From Octopus vulgaris (lineage: Eukaryota), in the NCBI GenBank assembly GCA_951406725.2, contig OX597822.1, positions 35,960,001 to 36,024,000 on the forward strand: DNA of 64,000 nucleotides, read 5' to 3'. This document shows, piece by piece, positions 1 to 13,926 of this stretch. Made by a program: the position numbers and the translations under genes. Position 1 is the first letter of the stretch, and the number at the start of each line of letters is the position of its first letter. The notes under the pieces are model-generated. The model did not search any database, had not been told where the DNA came from, and was given only the letters and a program-made list of their open reading frames with translations.

Positions 1-302
1 ATAAATATATGTGTAAAAATATATATTTCTATATATCTAAAAGAAATGCCTCTCTCTCTCTTTCTCTCTCTTACCCTATATAAATAAATATTTACGTATA
101 TACTTATATATATTATATATATCTATATATGAAATAATCTCCATCCATCCATCCACACAATTACTTTCAGAGCATCCTTTCTTTACTTTTTTTTTCTTAT
201 ACAAGGTTCATAATATTAATTTGGTAAGTCTAAGTCACAGTGTGTGTGTGTATGTATATGTGTATATATGTGTATGCATAATTGTCATTATCAACCGAAA
301 AT

Positions 303-884
303 ATGGCAAACTTACATCAGCATCATCAGCATTTACCATTTCCCCCTGAAACTAAAATCCCTTCCGATATCACCGGCACCCCAAATCTAGGCACCATTAC
401 TGCTGCTACTACTACAATTACGACGACGACAACTACTACTGCTGCTATGTCAGTAGCAGCAACAACTGGTACCATATGTACAGCTGCAGCTGGTACTCTC
501 AGCACAACTGCGACTACTGCCATTACAGCTCCTACTACTACTACTACTACTGTCACCAGTGGGAAACAGCAAACCTCTATTTTTCCTGTTGACCACAATT
601 TTTATTCGGAACCACAAAACTGCTGGGACAGTATTGAACGGTTCAAAGAAATGCAGACAAATTTCAATGAGGCTGGTACCTGTTTGGTTGATGCATTTGC
701 CAACTCACTCAAAAACACGACATACGAACACTTTAGCCATGACTGCAGCATGGTCCTTGGTGACATCTTTAACAATAATACTCTTCTTCTAACGCAAATT
801 AACGAACTGGAAAGCCTGCTGGGCAGTCTGTTAACCAACATCAGTGTATTAAATAAAGATGAGTACCAAAATTCTCAAAACCAG
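303..884 (+). CDS. Coding exon 1 of an unnamed 843-aa protein (Thr/Ala low-complexity N-terminus, then start of a helical domain)
   Basis: ATG at 303 in good context (aaatATGg) with in-frame TAA at 279-281. Open frame MANLHQ...SQNQ ends at donor CAG|GTAAGT (884/885), phase 0, matching exon 2. Confidence 0.85.
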
Positions 885-3800
885 GTAAGTAACCGCAACA
901 ATTTTATTCGTTTTTGTTTTATTGCTGTATTTTGCCATACTGGTGTGGGTTAGACAAATTGCATATTACCAAAGAATTTGTTTCATAACCGGATGTCTTT
1001 TCTGACGCTGGACAATTTGTTGACAGGAAATGTCACCAAAAATTTCTGTTTGTTTCTCAGTGTTCTTTTATGCCCTTTTTACAGACACACACATTCAACA
1101 TGCACATATTCACTCACACACATGCAATGGGAAATCACAGCCACCGTCATGTCTGAATGGAAGGAAGCAATTTGCAACGGAATGGAAGCCTACAAAAATG
1201 AAAGACATGAGTGAGCCAAGGGAGAAGTGTGTGTGGTAATGAGCTAATACAGCAGAGCGTTTCATCGTGCATCTAGTATGCAGCCACAGTTGCACATCTG
1301 ACTTTGGGCCTCAGATCTCGCATGAAAGTGCTAGGTTAGGCTTTATTGACCACAATAGTCGATTAACAATATACATGATGTAAAGACAATAAACATTACA
1401 AAGGACAGCAACAGAGAGAGGGCAAAATGTTATTAGTTGAATACTTCAATAGAGAGACAGTGTCCAAACGTTTTGGACTTCAGTTCTTCATCAAAAGAAA
1501 AGAGAAATTGTGAGAGAGGGGCGTGGGAATAGTGTATAAAAAGAAGAGGAAGGCAAATGGTTAGAAACCAAATGTTCTATGTGGGGAGAGGGAGTTAAGA
1601 AAGGAAGAAAAGGCAAGTTGTGTAGATGCATATATATCAGAATGTATCTGTGTCTGGAAGCAGATATACTGGTGGTGGGTAGATGCATGTGTTAGCGTGG
1701 TGTATGTATCTTTTATCTCTATCTCTTATTTGTTTCAGTCACAAGACTGCAGCCATGCTGGGGCATCGCCTTGAAGAATTTTTAGTCGAACAAATTGACC
1801 CCAATATTTCATTTTTTTAAAGCATGGTACTTACTCTGTCAATATCTTTTGCCAAACTGCTAAGTTGTAGGGGACGTACACACACCAACACTGGCTGTCA
1901 AATGATGGCAGGGGACAAGCACAGACACAAAGACACACACGCACACTCATAGAAATAAATATTTACAACAGGCTTCTTTCAGTTTCCATCTACCAAATCC
2001 ACTCACAAGGTTTTGGTTGGCCCGAGACTATAGTAGAAGGCAGCTGCCCAAGGTTCCACACATTGGGACTGAACATGGAACCATGTGGTTGGGAAGCAAG
2101 CTTCCTACTACATGGCCACACCTGTGCTTGTATGTGTGTAGATGTGTACAAATGTACAATGACTTGTACAAGTGTACAAGTCATTGATCAGTGGAATTGT
2201 GGGTGGGGGTATGTAATCGTTATGTAGGTAGAATGAAAACATTTATGCGAGGAAGTAAGAGCATATGTGTGTGAGAGTGGGAATAGAGGTATTGAGATGA
2301 AGCCCTTGAGATGGCAAGAACAAAATGGAAGGTGTTATTGATACATGTGCAAAAACAGTGAGGTGGGAAAACGTTTTTTTCTTCAAGTGTGCAGGTTCAG
2401 AACAAAAAAAAGGAAGTATATCTCTTGATACCAACCTACCCAAGACCAACTCTGGTTCCATGGTACAAATTTCCCATTTTAAAATGATCTAAATTAAACC
2501 TTCTATCAAAATTTCATGTTAATTTATGTTGCAAACCTCGGCTTAATGTCAGTTCTGAATTGTACTTTTGTCATTGTACTAAATTCTTCACTATTGTCAC
2601 TATTAATCAAAACAAGGGCCATGTATTTCAACAGAAATATGATAGCAAAATTTGAAAATGAGAGAAAAATGCTTAAATTCTGAAGAAAAGTCAAAGAAAT
2701 TGTTTTAAAAAAATCCATAAAATCAGAAGATATGGAAAAATTGGTAAAGTGTTTGGGGAAAGAGTACAATCCAAGATGAAATACTTAATTTAAAAGGTTA
2801 AAAGTTAGGCATTACACATGATGCAGAGGAGAAAGAAAGTGGCGACCAAAAGTGGGAAAGGAATTAAAGTGGTCGTATTTTTTTTTATTTTTATTTTAGA
2901 GTAAATGCAACGGGAAGGAAAGAGCAGGAAAATTGGTGTGTATGTGAGGTGGGGGTTATTGACAGCTAAAGAATGAGCAGCAGTCAAGCAGAAATGACAG
3001 GTGAAAGGGACGAAAGAAATTGGTGATTCAAAGCTGTCTAATACAAGGATGCCAAAGTGTAGATGAATGTGTATGCCCACCTCACCCCACATATGTTGCC
3101 AGCAGGGTTGGGGGCTCTCTGAGCTTTGCCTAGCCTGGTTTTGTTCTCGCAGTTGCACTCTCAGAGCATCTACCTCCACTGCTGGCTTGGTCACCTAGGT
3201 GGTGGAAGCTATCTACTACCTCGAGCTTGTCCCCCTGGCAGTTGATGGAGTCTATTTTTTGTGCATTTTCAGCATGCCATGTAAACGCACCCTGGTGTCA
3301 CGCAAATGGTACCCATGCTGGTGGCACATAAAAGCACCTTCTTATACTCATGGAGTGGTTGATGTTAGGAAGGGCATCCAGTTGTAGAAAACCATGCCAA
3401 ATCGTGCCAGCCCAATCAAACCATCCAACCCATGCCACCATGGACAATGGACTTTAAGTGATGATGATGATAGATTGATACATACACAGATAGATGGATA
3501 TTTAATAAACACAGGAATTAAAACTGAGCTACTATAAGGTTTCATGCTTGGATATTACAAGCTTGTATAGTGTGTTGTATGCAATCCTGCAATCATTCAG
3601 GCTCAAAATAAGTGTGGTTATGAAACTGGCAATAGTTCGTGTGTAAATCCTATGTTTATTAAATGATATCTCTCACTAGATGGAGTACTTTTCTTTTTTT
3701 TATTTTTATTTTTTTGAGCCTACCACTAACATAACGCTATTTCCTTTAGAGAAGCAGCTTTGGATTCAAACTGGTGTGAATTGCAATAAAGTAAAGAAAT

Positions 3801-4224
3801 TTAATCAATACTGTTAACACATGGCTGAGTTTGCATGAGTCACAACTTGCAGTTTGTTTACAGTCCTCAGTGGATGAGGACTGATGTAGCAATGTTTCTA
3901 CAGCTGGATACCCTTCCTAATGTCAACCAGTCTGAGGGTGTAGTGGGTGCTTTTTACATGCCACCGGCACAGGATCCAGTCAGGCAACACTGGCATCAGT
4001 CATGTTCAGCTGGTGCTTTTTACGTGCTGCTGTCACAGGAGCCAGCTGGGACAGAGGGGCTGGCATCGACTATGTTTGGATGGTACTTTTTACATGCCAC
4101 CAGCACTGGCAATAACCCATATATATATATATATATATATACCACAGGTTGAGGGAGTATGTGCAATCTGCGCATCCTCTATCAATAACAAATATGAGAT
4201 ATCTTATATATTCTGTGATTGAGA

Positions 4225-4975
4225 AGACCCGGTAAGTAAAGTGAGATCGTAACCATGGCCGATACTAGTGTCGCATAACCAGCCCATTTACAAGTACACT
4301 TGAATCATTGGGCGATACACGGTGCTTGAGAAGACCTCTTGAGCCAAGTGAAATCGTAGTCATGGCCAATGCCAGTGCCGCTTAACTGGTACCCATTCCA
4401 GTGGAACATAATAAGCACCATTCACGTGTGGGTCTATGCCAATGTCGCCTGACTGGCTCCCTGTGCAAGTGGCATATAAAAGGCACCATCTGAATGTGGT
4501 TGGTGCCAGTGCCCCCTGACTGGCTCCCATGCCAGTGGAACATAAAAGGCACCATCCGAATGTTGTCGATGCCGGTGGCCCCCTGACTGACTCCCTGTTC
4601 CAGTGGCACATAAAAGGCACCATCTGAATGAGGTTGGTGCCAGTGCCCCCCGACTAGCTCCCATGGCGGTAGCACATAAAAGGCACCATCCGAACATGGT
4701 CGATGCCAGTGCCACCTGATTGGATCCCATGTCTGTGATACATATAAATCACCTACTACACTCTCAGAGTGGTTGGTGTTAGGAAGGGCATCTAGCTGTA
4801 GAAACCTTGCCAGGTCAGATTGAAGCCTGGTGCAGCCTACTTGCTTGCCAGTCTTCAGTAGAAACCTTGCCAGGTCAGATTGAAGCCTGGTGCAGCCTAC
4901 TTGCTTGCCAATCTTCAGTCAAACCATCCAAGCCATGCCAGCATAGAAAACAGACATTAAATGATAATGATAATC
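4225..4975 (+). mobile_element. SINE-like family B with an internal ~66-bp tandem array and (GAT)n tail
   Basis: About 5 units (aaggcaccatc-type motifs at ~4413, 4480, 4545, 4614, 4680), then gagtggttggtgttaggaagggcatc...acattaaatgataatgat. A 60-bp tandem duplication at 4798-4917. Confidence 0.85.
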
Positions 4976-7900
4976 ACACACACACACACACATTTAGAAG
5001 CTCATATTCTTGTGATGGCTGGGTACAAGCGTGGTTGTGTGGTTAAGAAGTTCATATTGCAACTGTGTGGTTTCTGATTCAATCTTGTGTTCCACTTTAG
5101 GTAAGCATCTTCTCTCACATCCTTAGATTAATCAAAGAGTTTGGAGTGAAATTCAGTTGACAGAAACTGTATGTAATCCTTCAAAAAGAACCATTTCGTC
5201 CTTGGGCAGCAGACTTAATTTATTTCCCAGTTTAACATTTAACATCACCACCTGGATTTTGGGTGCTTTCAGCAGAGTCTACTCTACTATGTCACAAACA
5301 TTTGGAATTGGTGCCTCTGAGCTGTAGTAGATAATTTCTTTTTCTTCTTACAAGTCATGGAGACCTTGAAAAGAGTCATTAACATCTCTGACTAAGCTAT
5401 TGAAATATTAATGATATATATACACACATACACACATGTATATATATATATGTAAATGTCAAACAATGAGAATCAGTGCTCAACACATTGGTAAAGAGAC
5501 AGAGAGAGAGAGAGAGATACATGCATGTGCACACACGCACATGCACACCCACACGTATATATATATATATATATATACATACACACACACACACACACAC
5601 ACACATACACCTCGAGTGCTATAATGACATTGCAGAAATGAATAAGATTTGCCAAATTTATCTAATCAAGACTAACCTGAAACTGACATAGATAGGATCA
5701 AGTACCACAAGGCATATTTATTGTATTGGACTTGGTTATCTGATCTGAAAAGAAGTATCTGGTCGCCTTTGTTGTTCATTTCATTTTTACATCTGTTTTT
5801 CCATGCTAGCATGGGTTATGTGAATATATTATTGAGGTATTATTTTACAGCAAAAAGCTCTTACAGTCATCATTATCATCATTTAACATCCTTTGTCCAT
5901 GTTGGCACGGGCTGGCAAGCTGAGGAGCTGCACCAGGCTCCAGTCTGATTTGGCATGGTTTCTATGGCTGGATGCCTTTCCTGACACCAACCACTCTGAG
6001 AGTGTGACAGGTGCTTTTATATCCCTGTGGCATGGGTGCCAGTTGCGTGGCACCAGTATCTGTCACATCTACCATTTCACTTGGCTTGATGGGTCTTCTT
6101 CTCAAGCATGGCATATTGCCAAAGGTCTCAGCCATTTGTCATTGCCTCCGTGAGGCCCAACACTTGAAAGGTGCTTTAGTCTCTCATTTTATATGTCTCT
6201 TCAAAGCTACCGACCAAGCAGATGATTTATTGATGGGAGAAATTATAGCAAGAGCACTGCTCATAGCCTGGTTACTTTCATGAAGCACAAAGTAAACAAA
6301 CACACAGACACATGCCCATACACACATGTGCACACATACAGATGCAGGCAAGGCTGTCTAGTTAAGAAATTTGCTTCCCAACCACAAGGTTTCAGATTCA
6401 GTCCCATTGCATGGCACCTTGGGCAGATGTCTTCTACAATAGCCCCAGGAAAACTCACACCTTGTATGTAGATTTGGTGGACAGAAACTGAAAGCAGCCC
6501 ATCATATATATGTTTGTGTCTCCTTGTCTTGACATCATTTGATTGTTGTAAATGAACGTCAGTTAGTTCTAGTATTCTGCAAAAAGACGTTTGGCAGTTT
6601 GCTCTGCTTGAGAAGACACATCAATCTAAGTGGAAGCGTAGTCGTGGCCAGTGCCAGTGACGCGTGTATAGGACACTCAGTACACTATGTGGTGTGGTTG
6701 GTGATAGGAAGGGCATCCAGCTGTAGAAACCAAGTCAAAATGGACAGGCACCCTGTGCAGCTCTCTGGCTTACTGGCCCCATTCAAACTGTCTTGCCCAT
6801 GCTAGCATGGAAAACAGACACTAAATAATAATGAGGTCGGAGAAATATTCCCTTGCCTGAAAACAAGTGTTGGCAGCAGGAAGGGCATCCAGTCATAAAA
6901 AATCCACTTCAATAAAGTGTCTGACCCATGAAAAAGTGGGCACTAAATCAATATGCATACATCACACACACACACTATGGGTTTCTTACCATCTGCCTAA
7001 TTCATCCACATGACTATGGTTAACCCAGGACTATCTTAAAGGACATTTTCTCAAGATACCACACTGGGACTGAGTCTGAAACCGCATAATTGGAAAGCAA
7101 CCATGCCCTTCAGTGAAAGCCAAATAACTTGGATGCGGGTTGTTAAAGTTCTAGATAACTGGTTCTTGAGTTAGGAACTCATATATCATTGAAGATTATA
7201 TATTGGGGAAAACAGTGTTTAGCACTGCTTCAGTTTACTTCACTAAAGAATGTAGCCAGGACTCACCCTGGAGTAGGTTAACTCTGGTAGACTATTGTCT
7301 TATCCAGGGATAAAGCTGTCTTTCATCTGTTTATGTTTTATGAAGAGCTACATCTATATGTAGCTCTAGCTGTAAGTACCATTGTAAATTATAAAAGAAT
7401 GCCTTGAACTTACTAGAATCCTCTAGAAATAGGAGCCAAATCTCACTCAAATGACACCCTACTATGTTAAAGTAAGAGCTGACTTGGGTATAAACAACAA
7501 TTTATACTGATGTATATTTTGTTATACCCTTAGTTTCCCTGTTCAGCAGCTGTTACCTACAAATTGAACATGGTACCTGCTAAATCAACAAAGGAGCCTC
7601 TGCATAGCCACACAACTTGCTAAAACTAGCAGCTAAATCGTCCTTAAATCACACGCTATCATTATAAAAGCAGAAAGGCCTGCATTAACCAATGTGGTTC
7701 TATATAACATATCCATCAAAAAGAGGTGATGTGGTCATGACTGGAATGCCTTCAATTATTGGTCTGCTCAGTATATATTTATACAGGGTTGGCCAAAAGT
7801 CACCTGGCAGTAAATCAAAATTCCATAAATACTATCTGTAATTCTGTATTGATTCAAATGGAAAACTGTGTCCCTCAAGGACTTCAGTTTGAACAATTTT

Positions 7901-10361
7901 CACGATGTTTCCTATTTAGATGCTTTTATTAAATTCATTCAGTTGTTAAACATAAATAAATCTTGGATTTAAATGGTTTTGTTTTACTGATTGATTCCTC
8001 ATATTGAGTGTGCTTTTTTTTTTCTAACTTACGGACAACTGATAATGCACATGCGCACACACACACTCACATACAAGATAGGTTGCTTTCTGTTTCTGGT
8101 TGCCAAATGTAGTCACAGGGCTTTGGTTGGCTTGGATCTCTATTAGAAGGTGCTGTTCACAAAGAATGAACCTGAAACCACATAGTTAAGAAGCAAACTT
8201 CTTAACCATGCGGCCCTACCTGCTCTTGTTAACTATACCTGTGCCTGAACATTTGGGTATTTTTCTATTGTTGTTTTTTAATTCCTCTCCATATTTACAA
8301 ATTGTTTTTATAGCTCTGCCATTAATTCTACAGAGTGAACCATTGTGTTCTCCTGGAACCGGTTTCAAGTTCTTGGATCAATGAGTATTTCTTCTATTTT
8401 GTTTCACTTGCAGCTTTACTTCCACCACAACCTTCTCTTCACTTAATTTGTTTATTTAATAACCCTTTTAGAGATAACCGTGACAGCATACTTGATGTTG
8501 ATAGCAGCCAACCAACCAAGTTATTGTTTCATTCTTAGTTTTTCTTGTTTCCCAAATCATTGTTGTACTTCCTATGTTTCCCTTCTACCTTATACATGCT
8601 GTTGTTAGTTAATGTTGTTTGGCATTCATCATTATCACCTTGATTACATATAGATGTGTATGCACATACACACACACTTTCATGGAAACACACTTGCTCA
8701 TCCAATACTCAATCCCTTTAGGTTTGAATATTCTTTTTGCTTTTGATGTTGGGGTTAATTTTTTGTGAATTCTTTTTTTTTTTTGTCTTACATTTTGAAT
8801 GCATTGAAAGATCTTGCAATTTCTGTTTTATTTTACACTTGATAGATCACCTTGATAAACTTGCGTTTGTGTGTGTGTGTGTGTGTGTGCAATGATGACT
8901 TTGCTTGCCAAAACTTCAAAGTCATTCAGTGCTATTCTTATTAAAGAATAATAAGTTTGTACTCCACAAAACTACGGGATAATCCTTCAAATAAATGTAA
9001 AGTTGTTTCTTAATATAATATATATAAGCAAGCAGTTAGTTATCCCACTGGTGTATTACTTAATGTTTCATTCACAGGCAAACGACTGTGATCCTTCAGG
9101 TGTCTTTCATGCTAGTAGCTCATTCACCAGCTGTTTAACTATAAATATCAACCGCACACAATGTGCTGTGCTCTCTTCTTCCCTCTGTACACAAACACAC
9201 TCACATTTTTAAAATTATTTTTAATTGGAGAAAGTTTCATGCATGCCACTTAACAAATGTCATTCATGCACAAAACAACTCAATGCTTGGGTCACTTTTT
9301 TTTACCTTCCTGCCCTTGAAAAATAATTAAAAAGTATATATGTATATTTATTTATATATATATAGATTGAGAAAAATGAGGCAGTCAGAATTTTGAATAA
9401 TTCTTTAACACTTCCGTTTATTTATCAAACTCAAGACAAAATCAAAATGATAAAAACAAATTTCATTGTTCATTTATATGAATCAGGTATTTTTTTTTTG
9501 CTTTGTTTAGAAGAGGAAAAAACAATTTTTTTTTTTCTCAGAGAAAGTGGGGAAGAGAGAAAGAAAAACAAAGAAGGGTGAGAAAAATAGTGAGAGGTTT
9601 CAGGGCAAACAAGAAAGAGGGAAAAAGTTAAAGGATAGATAGATAGATATCCAATTTTTTGTGGTCAACCCATTGAAATTTCATTACAAAGCATTTTTCT
9701 TTTTTCTCTTCCTCCTCTCCCCTTCTCGTTGTATACTTATCAACATATTTGTAAATAAAGACATTTTCTCACAAGGGCTTGGTGACCTTTCAAGATGTCA
9801 ATTTTAGAAAGTAGGATGGGTAAGATAAGAAAAGAAAGGAGGGTGCAGTCATCACTGAAAAATATAAAAAAGAGTTCAAAGTCCTATGAAAATGTATATT
9901 CCTTTACACTTGTAATTCTGTATAATTCCATGTTTTGCACGAACAAACATTAAATATTCATAAATTAAGAAAATAAAGTCAGAACATAAAAATAATTTGA
10001 GTTCAGTACTGTTTATAATTCAATCTGTTCGCTATGTACATTTAATCAAGCATCATAAATGAGTTTTGTAATAACATGTATATTGTATATTTAGCTGGAA
10101 GCCACTCTGTAGGATATAAATTATATAACAAAACAAGGCCTGCTTAAATAAATTTTTGAGTATCTTTTATCCTTTTGTAGGATTTATTTTTTATTTTTCG
10201 TGCTTGCTTGGATAAGATAATTCAAAAGAGATCTTTTTCATGAATTATTTTGCCAAGTAGCTACATTAGATATCTTTACTAATCAGTGGTAAAATAATTC
10301 TAGTATTCTTTCTCGGTTATATGTAAGTTCTATAAGAACAACAGTTGTCAAAATCCCAATG

Positions 10362-10396
<35 letters not shown>

Positions 10397-11815
10397 CATT
10401 TATAGAGATGAGTATCACAACATTGGAGCCACGTTCAGGAACAATAGTAACAGTGTAATATAAATGTTTTCTCTTCATCCATCATCATTACTAAAAATAA
10501 TAATATAGTGGCAAAATGATCATGGCAGACATCAAAACCATCTAGCATACATGGATGTCACTTTACATGGTATGTGAATATTGTTAGACAGTGATATAGC
10601 ATTCATTGGAGCATTCATTTGCATTATTTCTCCCTTGTCCTATTAACTGAGCACAGTGTTTGTGTGAGCTGACCATGTAATGTTCAGTTTGTTTCGTTTG
10701 GAGGGGTGTTCATGCATATTTTCTCTGTTTCTCTTTCCAATCTTTTTGGACAAAATGTAGTTCCTCTGCTTCTCTTTCAAAATTTAATTTTGTAGAGAAT
10801 ATTTTGATGAAGTGTAGCTCCATATATATATACACACACAAGCTCTTAGTTTTTGTATTCAGTTAGCTAGCTTCTTGGTGTGAATCCATGTGTTGAAATG
10901 AATCTCGTATCTTGGGAGGGTCATAACGTACACACTGGTTCAATATCACTTCTTTATTGTTAGTCAACTAGTTAAATATCTAACCAACTAACTAATCAAT
11001 TGTTTGTTTAATGTGGTGGTTAAACAATCGATCAGTTTGTCAAAGTTCTTTCATCACTATTTGTGACCTCATGAATGACATGCTCTCTCTTTACAAGGTC
11101 TGAATCCTAGTGTTTTTTTAAATAAATACAGTTGGGATGTAGCCAGTTTTTCATCCCTACTGGAACCATCGGAAAAGATCTGACAAGGGGCACTATTAGA
11201 GTGTCAGTTATTTTTAGGATGGTCAGGATTTGGTTTTTGAAATAAAATATTTAACCTAAGTTCAATATTTATATTGCGAACACATTTAAAAAAAAAAAGT
11301 CTTTATGAGGATTAGAACATGAATCTGACAAGAAATCCTGAATGGTGATGCTCCAAGGTGAAATACAATTCCATTCTACAAGCTCTTGTGTTTTTTTCCA
11401 TAATTTCCATAAAAGTTTTGCATGGCAAGCACTAATTCATGCTCAGTAAAAAGAGGTACACATTGGATGGTAACGTCTCAGAAAATATTGATGATAAGCC
11501 ATTGCTCAACAATTGCTTTGGTTTGATTAAAATAATTTGCTTTCTTGGCTGAGGGTGGGTGGGGTGTAAGACATTAGCTGGAGATATTGGTTAAATCTCA
11601 TTTGATGTTTTAGAAATGCCATAAAAAAGTGCTCTGAATTACAAGAGACTGAGAACCACTGTTTTTTTATATATCAACATACATTGTAATAAATATTGCA
11701 TTACATTCTTTATAATATGTGTGGAATAATCTTTTCTCTTACTTTTTAAAAATCTATCAGCATTGCCCAACTATGTCATAATGCCATCCTAATTCCATTT
11801 TGCTTATATTTTCAG

Positions 11816-12569
11816 ACAATGGCAAAGTGTGTTGTCCTCTTTCTGAAGATTCAATATGATTACCATAGACATTGCTCTGAAGCTATTGCAGCTTTTCTTC
11901 AAAGAATAACCCAGCAAACAAATGCCGATGTACTTTCTTTGCTAGTTGCTCTCAATTTGACAGCAGTTAAGTTTCCTCAGAGCAGCACAGGCACTGCCAT
12001 ACCTTTATCTCAAATGAAAAATACCACTGCAGACAAGTCAAAAACTGTTCTTCAAACATCAGAGATGTCAGCAGCTCCCCCTCTGCAATGTCTGGGAAAC
12101 ATTGCAAATCTACAGAATTCTGGGTCAGTAATGAAGAGTCATGAAGTGCTGGAAGCTGTACAGCAGCACCCTTCATCTTGTCCAGCTCTGCCTTATCCTT
12201 CTTGTCCATCAATTTCTCCATATCCTCCATCATCATCATCGTCTTCCTCATCTTCTGTGTTCACTACCCCATCACTGTCATCTTCCACAGATTTGGCATT
12301 TTCTCTCTTTACCAAGACTAACAGTTTGTATGCCCCTATCGGTGCGGCTGCTGGCCAGTCCCCACAGCTTAGTAGTAATAACCCCATATTGACTCCGGTT
12401 GTCAACCAAACTGCTGCTACTCAAACTACCACAACTGCTGCCGCGGCAGCAGCACAATGTCCAGATCCAGGAGCCCCCTGGCCCAAACTTAATACAAAGC
12501 CAACCATCAGGGCTATTGGAAAGAATGAAAAGGGTGCAACTGCTTACACAAAGTCTTCTTCTACAAAAT
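11816..12569 (+). CDS. Coding exon 2 (BAR-helix-3-like segment, then Ser/Pro/Thr/Ala-rich region)
   Basis: Pyrimidine-rich acceptor ttttcag|ACA ATG GCA (phase 0). Reads TMAKCVVLFLKIQYDYHRHCSEAIAAFL...SSSTK. Donor AAAT|GTGAGT at 12569/12570, phase 1. Confidence 0.9.
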
Positions 12570-13239
12570 GTGAGTTTTTTTTTTTATTTTGAAATTTTTT
12601 GAGTTTTTTTCTTTTTTTATGATTTGCATTTCTTTAACAACAGAAAATGTTTACTGATATTGTTTGTGGTGTTTAATTACTTGAATTACATTCTTGTACT
12701 TATTATTGCAGTATATATTCTGCAACCATGTCTTTCAAAGTAAGGTACTATATGTGTCTGTTTGTGTGTGTGTATGATTGCATTTGTGTTTCCCTGTCTT
12801 GATATAGCATGACAGCTATAAATGAGTATCATTGTCATACATGCAGTGTCGTTCTTGTCCAATATTCTGCAGAAACACATCTGATCCAATACTTTTTTGT
12901 CACCAATGCTCACAATGGCAGCAAGAAGAGCATCTGGGCATAGAACATCTACCTCAATAAACTGCATTTGACCCATGGAAGCATGGAAAAGTGGATGTTA
13001 AAATGATAATGGTCATGATGACTATTATATATATGTAAGGAATGAAGCACCCACTACATTCTCGGAGTGGTTGGCATTAGGAAGGGCATCCAGCTGTAGA
13101 AACTCTGCCAGATCAGATTGGAACCTGGTGCAGCCATCTGGCTTGCCAGTCCAACCCATGCCAGCATGGAAAGCAGATGTTAAACAATGATATATATGTA
13201 TATATATGTACACACACACACTTTTCTTCTTTTTTTTTT

Positions 13240-13694
13240 TTACTTGTTTCAGTCATTTGACTGCAATCATGCTGAAGCACCGCCTTTAGTCGAACAAATT
13301 GACCCCAGGACTTATTCTTTGTAAGCCTAGCACTTATTCTATTGGCCATTTTTGCCGAACTGCTAAGTTACAGGGATATAAACACACCAACATCAGTGTC
13401 AAGTGATGGTGGGGGGACAAACACAGACACACAAATACATGCACATATATATACATATACATATGTGTATGTATATATATGTGTATATGTATGTATATAT
13501 ATATATATTTTTATGTGTATATGTATGTTTCTTCTGTCTTCCCTTCTCTGGATCTTTCCTTCTCCTATGTTTCCGACGAAGAGCTCCGCTCAAAACGTTA
13601 AACCTTCCTTTCCTTCTTTCCTGAGCGTCCAATAATACTATATTTGTTCCTCGTCCTCGTGTTGTTGTTTTTTTGTGCTTTCATGTTTGGATTA

Positions 13695-13756
<62 letters not shown>

Positions 13757-13926
13757 TATATATACATACAACGAGCTTCCTTCAGTTTCTGCCTATCAAA
13801 TCCACTCACAAGGCTTTGATTGGCCTGTGGCTATAGTAGAAGACACTTGCCCAAGGCGTCTCGCAGTGAGACTGAACCCGAAACCACGTGGTTAGGAATC
13901 ACTCTTTTTACACACAGCCACTCCTG
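13240..13926 (-). mobile_element. SINE family A, reverse, expanded by an internal insertion
   Basis: Tail at 13240, head at ~13926. Other reverse copies at ~1725-2125, 19338-19660, 26396-26760, 30686-30938, 46020-46330. Other forward copies at ~38345-38755, 38766-39330, 40225-40470, 40663-41046, 52440-52600. Confidence 0.85.
13525..13700 (+). mobile_element. Penelope-like terminal fragment with a degenerate minimal hammerhead, inserted in a SINE microsatellite
   Basis: gttt-CCGACGA-a-GAGC-tcc-GCTC-AAAAC-GTT-aaac. The 3' ~85 nt recur at 33458-33545. Flanked by TA-rich repeats. Confidence 0.55.

Noticed and set aside
326-598. Val/Ala-rich minus-strand ORF (also 11967-12405 antisense ORFs)
   Set aside because: Antisense shadows of low-complexity coding exons.
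885-953. ORF-track extensions past splice donors (also 12570-12592, 20880-20883)
   Set aside because: Good GT donors with phase-matched downstream exons show these are intron read-through.
4380-4730. Regularly spaced repeats resembling a CRISPR array
   Set aside because: The whole ~66-bp unit repeats with no unique spacers, it is part of a dispersed SINE-like family, the context is eukaryotic, and there are no cas genes.
7782-8045. Tc1-like terminus TACAGGGTTGGCCAAAAGTCA
   Set aside because: Only a very weak partner repeat near 8025-8043, so the boundaries cannot be supported.
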